IMG/VR virus record: IMGVR_UViG_3300031712_000052
Location: 30,666-94,665 of that record
Reading direction: 5' to 3' (one strand)
DNA length: 64,000 nt
Source: a virus
Lineage: Duplodnaviria > Heunggongvirae > Uroviricota > Caudoviricetes
The first letter of the stretch is position 1. Each line of letters begins with the position of its first letter. Below the pieces are notes generated by a model. It was not told the DNA's origin and did not search any database. It saw nothing but the letters and a program-made list of their open reading frames with translations. The position numbers were made by a program, and so were the translations under genes. Positions 38,960-46,553 of the stretch are shown here, piece by piece.

Positions 38960-39011
38960 GAGCACCTCAGATTTGCTGGTAATGAAGCCAGTTATCAAAT
39001 CTGAGGTGCTC
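38960..39011. terminator. Long perfect hairpin, GAGCACCTCAGATTTG...CAAATCTGAGGTGCTC, between the 194-aa gene stop and the array.
   Basis: 16-bp inverted repeat with a 20-nt loop. It could be a terminator or a processing element. Confidence 0.45.
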
Positions 39012-39017
39012 GCTATG

Positions 39018-39602
39018 TTACTGCTTGCTCAACTTCTCTTTGAACTTCTCCACCTTCTCCTCGGCCACCTCGGCTCTCTTCTCTGCCGCGAGCCTCTTTC
39101 TCTTCTCTTCCTTGAGCTGTTTCTCAAGGTCCTTGATGATTTCGTGTAGCCTCGCGGTCTCTGACTGCTTCCCACCCACTCCAACCTTAGGAGCCACTAC
39201 CTTTGACACCATCCTGGTGACTGCCTCTGTGGATGGTTTCCTACCCCTTTCCTCATACCACTGCTCAAGCTGGGTCATCATGTCCTTCTCTACACGCGAG
39301 TCGGGCGGTAGACGAATACATGTGATAGCCGACTCCACCCCATACTTCAGCACCCACTCTCTCCCAAAGCGTTCGAGGGCTGTGCCTAGCCGCTTGAACT
39401 TTGCTGGGGACCAAGAGAACTCAGTCTCCAAGCAGTCTCCAAAGGTGCCGTACTTGACTTTCCAGAGCTCATTGTCCCTGAGATTCTCACAGACGTAGTC
39501 GTAGAACTTCAGGATGAACTCATCTGGCTTGAGGAGGAAAGACCTTGCAGTGGTGATGACTGCTATGAACTTCTCTACCAATCTGTCTCCTACATTACTC
39601 AT
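39018..39602 (-). CDS. Unknown 194-aa protein, translationally coupled to the Cas12-like gene. It has a C-terminal Lys/Glu coiled-coil tail.
   Basis: Its ATG overlaps the stop of the upstream gene by 4 nt. It lies between the effector gene and the array. Confidence 0.55.
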   Translation of the reverse strand: MSNVGDRLVEKFIAVITTARSFLLKPDEFILKFYDYVCENLRDNELWKVKYGTFGDCLETEFSWSPAKFKRLGTALERFGREWVLKYGVESAITCIRLPPDSRVEKDMMTQLEQWYEERGRKPSTEAVTRMVSKVVAPKVGVGGKQSETARLHEIIKDLEKQLKEEKRKRLAAEKRAEVAEEKVEKFKEKLSKQ

Positions 39603-41275
39603 CGTGTGTCCCTTTCAGCTTTAGTCTTTGGGGGTTTCTTCCCTTTCATCTTTCCTTTGGATGCCTCGTTCAATGTCTGTTGCAACTCTTCACGTACCAG
39701 CCAATACCTGCTGTTCTGGGGCAGGTCTACCTTTTTGGCCAGGCTCAAGTCTATGATCGCATTTTCAATTGCGATGCGATCTATGTGGCCACTGTAGGTG
39801 CACTTGACACAGTTGAAGCGCCAATTCTTGAAGTCCAAGGCAGCCTCATTGAGGCTGCCACAGCTAGGGCATCGGCGGGTGTGGTAGAAGGTCTTGAACT
39901 TCTCAACCTCCACACCATGTTTGGCTGCGTCCTGGGTGACGTAGTCAACAATCTTGAACCAAGGTGCTTGGTGCACCGCCACCTTGATCCACGGGTCAAG
40001 GTCTGACTCCTCAGCTCTCTTTCGGATGTTCCTGAGCTCAGGAAGCCAGATCTTACTGCGTGTGTTTATCGCCTTGCCCACAATGCGAGCCGCTACCTTC
40101 CTGCAGAAACTGTCCACCACCTCGGCCTCATCATTGTCTAGCTTGAACCTGTTGACTTGATACATGTGCCCTTTACCAGGCACTCGAAGCTGGCTGCATC
40201 TCTGAATCTCTTTCCGTCTGGCACGAATACGCCCTCTCCTCGCAGCGAAACCATCACCAAACACCCAGAACCCCTGGCTCCTATTGAGAGCCTCCTCCAC
40301 TGTGAGAGCCACTGTGAATACCTTCAACCCACAGTGAACTATGATGTTGTTCTTCACTGCTAGCACTGGTGGCTTGGGTCGGCGGTACTGAAGGAGGACA
40401 AACCACTTATTGTCCTCACGATACAGACCCATAGTGCCTGGAGCCCAGACATCCTGAGTGGGTACAGCAGTGGCTAGGTCTTTCCTGAGGTATTCTCCCG
40501 CTGCAACTCTACTCAGAACTCCACGCACGTAGTTGTCTTGCTTGGCTTTCCTCAACCTCAAGGCCAAGTTCCACCATGTCCCATCCAAGTTCACCGATAT
40601 GTTCATGCCATCTCTGCGTGAGAACCTCCAGCCGGTAGGACGAAGCCACACAGGCCAGCTGTCCTTGATGTTCATTACCGACTCTTCACCTATGGCGACT
40701 TTCTTGAGACTCTTGGTGAATGCCTCCGCAAGTCGGCGTGACATTGCACCAGTGACGGAGGAGCTGACTTGTGGCACACGTTCCTCATCCATCCCTCCCA
40801 CCAGTTCTCTGCCCACGACCCTATAGGCGAGTGTGCCCAGCACCTCTCGCTCATCCGCTCTTGGCTCCAGCCTCACTCTCTTCTTCTTTTCAGGGTCTTG
40901 CTGGGTTGTGTCCAGGGCTGGAAGCGGCTTGTCCAGGTTGAGCCACATGCTTCGTATGGCGGCATTGCCAGCTATCCTCACCCTCTTCTGGATGAGGGTA
41001 AGTACACGAAAAAACGCTCTAGCGATTGTCCTTGGTTCTTCGAGAACCGGGGGTGCGTTTTCGATCTTCTTGCCGTTCTTGTCTTTGGGTGATACCCAAA
41101 CCTTGGGTAGCCAGGCATGCTTGCCACCTGCTACCGGAATAAAGTGTTCTCTCTTTTCCGGTACGTCACTGAGGAAAGAGATGGGATCTTTGCACCTGTC
41201 CAATGCTGTAGCTACCTCGAGTTTGAGGATGCCCAGCATCTCATGCTTTCTCTTCTCACGAGTTGCTTTGTTCAT
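39599..41275 (-). CDS. cas12-like: Compact 558-aa type V Cas12/TnpB-like RuvC nuclease with a zinc ribbon.
   Basis: RuvC-II IWLPELRNI. Zinc ribbon CPSCG...CVKC. RuvC-III GHIDRIAIENAI matches the TnpB/Cas12 HADxNAAxNI motif. The candidate RuvC-I is ISVNLDGTWWNLAL. AAGGAA RBS. Confidence 0.75.
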   Translation of the reverse strand: MNKATREKRKHEMLGILKLEVATALDRCKDPISFLSDVPEKREHFIPVAGGKHAWLPKVWVSPKDKNGKKIENAPPVLEEPRTIARAFFRVLTLIQKRVRIAGNAAIRSMWLNLDKPLPALDTTQQDPEKKKRVRLEPRADEREVLGTLAYRVVGRELVGGMDEERVPQVSSSVTGAMSRRLAEAFTKSLKKVAIGEESVMNIKDSWPVWLRPTGWRFSRRDGMNISVNLDGTWWNLALRLRKAKQDNYVRGVLSRVAAGEYLRKDLATAVPTQDVWAPGTMGLYREDNKWFVLLQYRRPKPPVLAVKNNIIVHCGLKVFTVALTVEEALNRSQGFWVFGDGFAARRGRIRARRKEIQRCSQLRVPGKGHMYQVNRFKLDNDEAEVVDSFCRKVAARIVGKAINTRSKIWLPELRNIRKRAEESDLDPWIKVAVHQAPWFKIVDYVTQDAAKHGVEVEKFKTFYHTRRCPSCGSLNEAALDFKNWRFNCVKCTYSGHIDRIAIENAIIDLSLAKKVDLPQNSRYWLVREELQQTLNEASKGKMKGKKPPKTKAERDTR

Positions 41276-41298
41276 GGCAGTTCCTTCGGTTAGTAGTT

Positions 41299-41560
41299 TG
41301 TTGATCTAAATGAATGGCTGCATGTAAGATGAGGTTACCAAAGAAGTAGGTAGTCCCTGAACTAGTCAGGAACGCATGGTAGCTAGCTTGCGCTAGTACC
41401 TCAGCAGAGCGGCTCGCGGGAGTGAAATCCGGCGACTTCTCCGCTATTGGGCCGTGCCATCGACCCCTCACGCTTTAGATCATAGCTGAACTAGTCAACC
41501 AGACCCTAGGCATGGGTGGTGCCTCACCCCTCACATGCAGCCATTCATTCAGATCAACAG
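41299..41560 (-). ncRNA. Candidate structured ncRNA, tracrRNA-like, or a MITE-like element. It is bounded by about 38-bp imperfect inverted repeats and contains a 14-nt anti-repeat at 41339-41352.
   Basis: The segment at 41299-41336 is the inverse complement of 41522-41560. CAAAGAAGTAGGTA at 41339-41352 is the inverse complement of repeat nucleotides 4-17. Internal direct repeats are CTGAACTAGTCA x2 and CCCCTCAC x2. Confidence 0.35.
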
Positions 41561-41620
41561 ATAGGGAAAAGTAATCTTCTCTATCTATATTCCTTATACC
41601 GCTAGCACAACACAATTTGC

Positions 41621-41648
41621 GGGCAAAAGAAAGGCCAATGCCTTTCTC
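41621..41648 (-). terminator. Minus-strand rho-independent terminator, AGAAAGGC-ATTG-GCCTTTCT followed by TTTT.
   Basis: 8-bp stem followed by a T-run on the minus strand. It is flanked by a second hairpin at 41651-41681. Confidence 0.5.
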
Positions 41649-41705
41649 CTGAATCACTGGCTTCGCGACTGTCAGTGATTCAGCCTAGCCACATTATGCA
41701 TGTTT

Positions 41706-42179
41706 CTACAACTGTACCTTTCTACTCTTACGTGGCCGGGGAGAGTAAGAGGTATGCGATGCTCTCCTACTGATGTCCATGAGCTGTCTGAGCCTTTCAG
41801 GTGTGATGTCCCTATCATTGATCAGGCCAGCTCTCCTCAAGCCTTTAGCTACCTTGGCCACAGCATTGACCTCGAGTTGTCTAACACGTTCGCGGGTGAC
41901 ACCAAGAGTGATACCTACTTCATTCAAGGTATGGTCTCTGGTGGTCAGCTTCAGTACGCATGGCTGCCCCCGCTGCTTGGTTAGGGCTGTATCCCTGGCA
42001 TCATGTGCTATGTGATACCTGCAATACTTGAGTGGGCAGATACCACTCTTGCTGAGACATTGACCATCGGTGACTTCGAAGATGTTCTCAGGGTCTATGT
42101 GGTCTGGTACTGAGTCCAGGCGTTCATTCTCTTCCACTCTATTGGCTGCAGCCAATAGACCTACTTCATCATCAATCAT
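41706..42179 (-). CDS. Sigma-70 region-4-like HTH protein, a small sigma factor or transcription regulator.
   Basis: TLNEVGITLGVTRERVRQLEVNAVAKV matches the sigma r4.2 consensus TLEEVG..GVTRERIRQIE.KAL.KL. Confidence 0.6.
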   Translation of the reverse strand: MIDDEVGLLAAANRVEENERLDSVPDHIDPENIFEVTDGQCLSKSGICPLKYCRYHIAHDARDTALTKQRGQPCVLKLTTRDHTLNEVGITLGVTRERVRQLEVNAVAKVAKGLRRAGLINDRDITPERLRQLMDISRRASHTSYSPRPRKSRKVQL

Positions 42180-42430
42180 GGTTTACCTTTCTTCCGGCGG
42201 TCTTTGCAGATTAAACCTGCCTTCTCCAAGCCGTATTGAACTGTTATATATGCAGAGTCCACCACATCTGCTTCCGTGCTCACCTTTGTTTGCATTTCAG
42301 TCCAGAGTTGAAAACAAGAGTCACAGGATGCCCCAGTCTCTTTTTCACAGCTGTAACCGCCTTGTACAGTAGCCCACAAATCATTTGCTGATGCTGCGGC
42401 AAAATACCAATCCTTTGAGTGCCGTTTCAT
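42176..42430 (-). CDS. Hypothetical small protein.
   Basis: Its ATGA overlaps the downstream gene. Confidence 0.4.
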   Translation of the reverse strand: MKRHSKDWYFAAASANDLWATVQGGYSCEKETGASCDSCFQLWTEMQTKVSTEADVVDSAYITVQYGLEKAGLICKDRRKKGKP

Positions 42431-42440
42431 GTGAGCCCTC

Positions 42441-42677
42441 CTACTGTTGTGTATTCGCGGAAGAGGGCAGAGATTGATCTTTACCGTTCCACACCTCCTC
42501 CAGTACTGGTTTCAATCCATGCTTCTCTACGTGTATAGTCGCCTTTACCATGACGTAGATGAGGCTTGCCCCACCGATGAACACGCACAGGAAGATAAAG
42601 GCAACTAGTAATTTGATTGCCTTGAATCGTACTTCGAACTTGGCATGTTCCCCATCCGTATCGAACATCTTATTCAT
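42441..42677 (-). CDS. Small membrane protein with one TM helix.
   Basis: AGGAG RBS, then ATG 42677. Confidence 0.4.
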   Translation of the reverse strand: MNKMFDTDGEHAKFEVRFKAIKLLVAFIFLCVFIGGASLIYVMVKATIHVEKHGLKPVLEEVWNGKDQSLPSSANTQQ

Positions 42678-43015
42678 TTTGAATCTCCTGACCATCTTAT
42701 GCCTGCCCTGTGCAAGGTCTGGCAAGTAAGCAACACATCATTGTCGGTGTCTTTGATGTGCCACCCCTCTTCCTTCAGTGCATCTAGTGTAGCTGAGGTA
42801 AGCCCTTTCTTTAGCATGATGTTGATATGCGGGATTAGCTCTGAACCCAACAATATCCATATGCTCACAGCCCCTGTGCTGCCTTCGATGCGACCAGCAT
42901 TCATACCCATCCATGCCAATGCGATTGTTGTGTCTGGCTGAGGAATGGTGTGGATTGTGTCTAGCGCCTTGACTAATTTGATCTGCAGGTCTGAAAGGAT
43001 GAGTATGGCTTTCAT
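42674..43015 (-). CDS. Hypothetical protein.
   Basis: 113 aa. Confidence 0.4.
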   Translation of the reverse strand: MKAILILSDLQIKLVKALDTIHTIPQPDTTIALAWMGMNAGRIEGSTGAVSIWILLGSELIPHINIMLKKGLTSATLDALKEEGWHIKDTDNDVLLTCQTLHRAGIRWSGDSK

Positions 43016-43028
43016 AGCTCACCTGCGA

Positions 43029-43235
43029 TCATGGCTTGTTTCTCCATGGGAGTAAACCGAGACTCTTGAATACCCACACTAGGAGAAATACTTCCCATAT
43101 GGGTGCAAGAAAGAATACCAACGCTCCCCTCCTACGCTCTATAGGCTTGATGGCCTCCTCCCAAGCAGTTAAACCAATTAGCAAAAACACCAGTGTCAAG
43201 AACAGATGTACTACTATGAGAACTGTCTTAGTCAT
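43029..43235 (-). CDS. Small membrane protein.
   Basis: Two hydrophobic segments. Start set at the internal Met. Confidence 0.35.
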   Translation of the reverse strand: MTKTVLIVVHLFLTLVFLLIGLTAWEEAIKPIERRRGALVFFLAPIWEVFLLVWVFKSLGLLPWRNKP

Positions 43236-43249
43236 TACTGAACCTGCTT

Positions 43250-43570
43250 TCAAGGTTGTGTGTTGTCTGTCTTTGTCCCAGTACTGACCACGGGAGTACG
43301 ATGGCACCTGCATATGCATATACTACTGGAACATCCAGGGTCTCCAGTCGTAGCCACATCAATGTGTTGCCCTGGGTAAGGACATATGTGGTCGAAGCCA
43401 CAGCTTATGATCTTGTCTGTGCATCCGTTTTCTGTTGCTTGTAGGTTTTCTAGCTGTGCTTGAGCCGCTGCTTGTTCGTGTTTCCGTACGCACTCTTGGT
43501 CTGTGCAGGTCACGGTAAGGGCTGTGATCAAGCCTATCAATAGCCAGGCTGCTATCATTCTTGTGCTCAT
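43250..43570 (-). CDS. Secreted Cys-rich small protein.
   Basis: Signal-peptide-like N-terminus. Confidence 0.4.
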   Translation of the reverse strand: MSTRMIAAWLLIGLITALTVTCTDQECVRKHEQAAAQAQLENLQATENGCTDKIISCGFDHICPYPGQHIDVATTGDPGCSSSICICRCHRTPVVSTGTKTDNTQP

Positions 43571-44157
43571 GCTTGCTCCTCGTTGTATTTCAGAAACTCA
43601 GTTTGCCAATCACCCATCCAGCCTTTGGGTGATAGCATTGGTTGGTAGTGTTCATACAGCCTCTCTATAGCTTCATGGTTGCCCTTACTTACGTTTGGCC
43701 ATATGTCCATATAGATCGTATTGAACTTGGGGTCGAGCCTTCTACTCTTCCACGTGAATACGTCAGCGTCTATGACTGACAAGCGTGGGTCCTTTGGTAA
43801 GTGCCGGCAGACTAACTCCATTACGTCTGGGTTGTACTCAAGAACAGTCAAACTGTGTATCTTTGGCCTTTTGGCCAATAGAGCAAACGCAACCATACCC
43901 AACCCTAGCCCACCAACCAATACGTGCCCTCTAGCCTGCTCGATCAGTTCGAGATTCGTCGCTCTCTCCATATCAGTGTCGGTCATCATTATCCCACCAT
44001 GAATGCGCAGTCTTGCGTACTTGCCAGGACTGACACACTCACTAGCGCGGCGATTGATGAAAGCTCGGACCTTACAGAGTGTAGATTGCTCTTCTGTGAT
44101 GGTGAAGTGCTCTATATGTGCAGAGCCACAATGGCTTTCTGGTATCTTCTCAATCAT
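43567..44157 (-). CDS. Class I SAM-dependent methyltransferase-fold protein, spermidine-synthase-like.
   Basis: Motifs VLVGGLGLG, LEYNPDV and VIDADVF. The start is uncertain. Confidence 0.4.
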   Translation of the reverse strand: MIEKIPESHCGSAHIEHFTITEEQSTLCKVRAFINRRASECVSPGKYARLRIHGGIMMTDTDMERATNLELIEQARGHVLVGGLGLGMVAFALLAKRPKIHSLTVLEYNPDVMELVCRHLPKDPRLSVIDADVFTWKSRRLDPKFNTIYMDIWPNVSKGNHEAIERLYEHYQPMLSPKGWMGDWQTEFLKYNEEQA

Positions 44158-44656
44158 TCTCGGAAAGATGCTTGGGTTGTACATGCTCACGTTTGTATGC
44201 TCTAACAGTGAAGGGTCCGATTGTGTCAATGGGATACGACTCAGTTTCGTAGCTGCACCTTGCGCACCTTTTCTTTCGGAAGACTGGGTCGTGTCCCTCA
44301 TCTACCTGGTACAGCTTGTGCCCAATGCACACACAGACCAAAAACCACAGTATCTGCATTGCTTCTCTCCTAGTTCTCTTGGAATAGTCCACGGGCAACC
44401 CACTCATCGTGCTCAGGGCTGCTTCTGATCTTGAGTGAGGTGGACTCCCCAAAGCACCTCACACCAGCTCCAGGCCCTTCCCCACCAAAGATTCTGATGA
44501 GCCCAGCTGATGTGATGTTCCCGAAGTTCTTGAATTGTGCGTGCGACATAGTGGGTGGGAAGATGATCATGTCGTTGTCATCAATGACAACGTACTTCCA
44601 GTAGTCTGGCATTTCGTATCTCCTTATGATTGGTTCGCGGAAGAAAGCCAGTTAGA

Positions 44657-45229
44657 TCATATCTTGGCTTCACACAGCGTAACTAGCTTCTTCAGGTGTG
44701 CCACTTGCTTTTTTGGTTTACCCGCGTTGCAGAGGCACAAGATGGAGAAGGCTACGTTAGTATCGGTGAATGCATTCCTATTGCGCAATAGGAGTGCTAC
44801 CTCTGACCTGTAGCTACTAGCCTCAAGTTCTAGCGGCCTCCTGTACAAATCAAATTTGATCTTAGCTGTATCGCCCTCTCCGGTCTTGAGAAACTGAACT
44901 ACCGACTTTGGTATATCCTTCCAGTGCTTCTTTGTTTCACGCAATAGCTCTTTGATGACGAGGTTCTCAATGACCTTAGCTTTCAAGCCAAAAGCATAGA
45001 GAAGGCACCAGATTCTGTCATCTATGCTTATGCGCCTGCTCATGCAGTATGAGCAGGCGCATCCCAGGCCACTTGGTGTCAGCCTTATCTCACTGCCAAT
45101 ACTGAGGTCTCCTACCATCTTGGTAGTGAGTGACCTTACTCCTAGTTGGTGGAAGAGTGATCGAATCTGATTGCGGCTGTAGCATGGACCTGCCTTCAAG
45201 ATGCTTTTAATTGTGGCTTTGTATCTCAT
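44657..45229 (-). CDS. Member 1 of a tandem paralog pair, with a conserved CxCxxC motif. Function unknown.
   Basis: KATIKSILKAGPCYSRNQIRSLF and GCACSYCMSRRISIDDRIWCLLYAFGLKA are shared with 45271-45852. Confidence 0.5.
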   Translation of the reverse strand: MRYKATIKSILKAGPCYSRNQIRSLFHQLGVRSLTTKMVGDLSIGSEIRLTPSGLGCACSYCMSRRISIDDRIWCLLYAFGLKAKVIENLVIKELLRETKKHWKDIPKSVVQFLKTGEGDTAKIKFDLYRRPLELEASSYRSEVALLLRNRNAFTDTNVAFSILCLCNAGKPKKQVAHLKKLVTLCEAKI

Positions 45230-45270
45230 TACTGTTCCTCTTGTTTAATGTGTTCGCGGAGGTTATGAGA

Positions 45271-45852
45271 CTACTTTTGGGATTCGCATACCTCAGCCAG
45301 CTTCTTCACATACCATGCTACCGAGTGTATCCTGTAGTCAGCGCACATCTTCAAGATGACATAGGCTGAGTGGTGTACATCCTCGGCATTACCCGTGATG
45401 AGTCTGTGAACTAGCCCAGACAGGAATCTCTGATCTGAAGTCAAAGTTGTTACGTCTGCAATCGCAATGAGCTCATCACCTGCCTGCACCACTTTCCCTC
45501 TCCCTGTCTTGAGATATTGAATGACCAAGTCTGGGGCATCAGGCCAGAACTTCTTCAACAGCTGCAGTATCGCCGGGAACATGAAGCGTCTGATGGATTG
45601 AGCTTTCAGCCCGAAGCAATTGAGAAGGCCCCACAGTCTATCATCTGTCCTGATGCAGGCTTTCATACAGTAAGAGCAGCCACACTGGCCGACAGCTCTG
45701 TCCATTTTTACCCTGTTGCCGAGATTCAAGTTGGCAACCATCTTAGGAGTGATGACTTTGACTTTGAGTTTGCGGAAGAGTGATTTGATCTGAGTGCTAG
45801 AGTAGCAAGGGCGTGCCTTCATGATGCTTCGAACTGTGGCTTTGCATTTCAT
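45271..45852 (-). CDS. Member 2 of the tandem paralog pair, with a conserved CxCxxC motif.
   Basis: An AAAGGAAAA RBS lies upstream of ATG 45852. The protein begins MKCKATVRSIMKARPCY and contains CGCSYCMKACIRTDDRLWGLLNCFGLKA. Confidence 0.5.
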   Translation of the reverse strand: MKCKATVRSIMKARPCYSSTQIKSLFRKLKVKVITPKMVANLNLGNRVKMDRAVGQCGCSYCMKACIRTDDRLWGLLNCFGLKAQSIRRFMFPAILQLLKKFWPDAPDLVIQYLKTGRGKVVQAGDELIAIADVTTLTSDQRFLSGLVHRLITGNAEDVHHSAYVILKMCADYRIHSVAWYVKKLAEVCESQK

Positions 45853-46130
45853 CGTTGTTTTCCTTTGATCTTGTTGATCTGAGTTATCGTAGCGAAACCA
45901 GCACCCTTCTGACGTACGAATACACCCAAACAGTCGATGCATAGGGACATGGACCCCCTCTTGCCATCCTTGCCAGGACGGTTCTCCTTGGCCACTACAT
46001 TGGGCTTGTTCGTGCAACGCTCTAGCCCTGGACGTCCTCCTAGTGTCATGAAGGTGTTGCCGTTGGGCTTCATTACCTGACACCTCTTCAAGTCTGCGGG
46101 AATCAACTTGGGCATGATAGCCTCTCCCAT
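45849..46130 (-). CDS. Small Cys-containing protein.
   Basis: 93 aa. Confidence 0.4.
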   Translation of the reverse strand: MGEAIMPKLIPADLKRCQVMKPNGNTFMTLGGRPGLERCTNKPNVVAKENRPGKDGKRGSMSLCIDCLGVFVRQKGAGFATITQINKIKGKQR

Positions 46131-46202
46131 CCATGAGCAAGAAGTTGAGCTTCTTGATTCTCAACGGCTAGGCTGAAAAACACAGCATTCTCTACGTTAC
46201 CG

Positions 46203-46547
46203 TTAGGTATGTAGACTGTCATGTATGCCAACATCAGCTACCTCCACAACAGTTCCAACGTCCTTTACAAGGAAAACCAGTGTGAGGCCATGTTCTCTCA
46301 AGATCAAAATCTCATTTACAGCCATGGTGCGGGACATGTTTAAGATCTTACGATACCATTGCTCGCCATGCCTCATACCTAACTCGATTGCATGTTGAAT
46401 CGTCTTCGTGGGCATTGTGTGCTCCTTGTAGCAAAAGATTGATCTGAATAAACTAGAAGAAGTGGTGTTGTACATTGGGTGCGAGTCACCAAAGGATTGA
46501 TCATTACAACACCACTTCTTCATAGTTCTTATACCTGCACTACCCAT
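46203..46547 (-). CDS. Hypothetical protein.
   Basis: 114 aa. Confidence 0.4.
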   Translation of the reverse strand: MGSAGIRTMKKWCCNDQSFGDSHPMYNTTSSSLFRSIFCYKEHTMPTKTIQHAIELGMRHGEQWYRKILNMSRTMAVNEILILREHGLTLVFLVKDVGTVVEVADVGIHDSLHT

Positions 46548-46553
46548 TCTTTG

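Noticed and set aside
39599-41275. Interpretation of the 558-aa protein as an IS200/IS605 TnpB transposon gene rather than a Cas effector.
   Set aside because: No TnpA/Y1 transposase is present and I saw no IS-type subterminal hairpins flanking the gene. The gene is followed by a 16-unit array with diverse spacers. I cannot fully exclude a TnpB-derived origin. Cas12 evolved from TnpB.
37800-42200. Adaptation genes cas1, cas2 and cas4 near the array.
   Set aside because: I searched neighbouring ORFs on both strands. None has the Cas1 or Cas2 size or motifs, and the neighbours are small unknown proteins. Absence is consistent with phage-borne CasPhi-type loci.
45853-46164. The N-terminal 104 aa of track ORF 45271-46164.
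   Set aside because: This region is better explained by a separate gene 45849-46130 in another frame. The paralog alignment with 44657-45229 begins at the internal Met (ATG 45852), which has a strong RBS.
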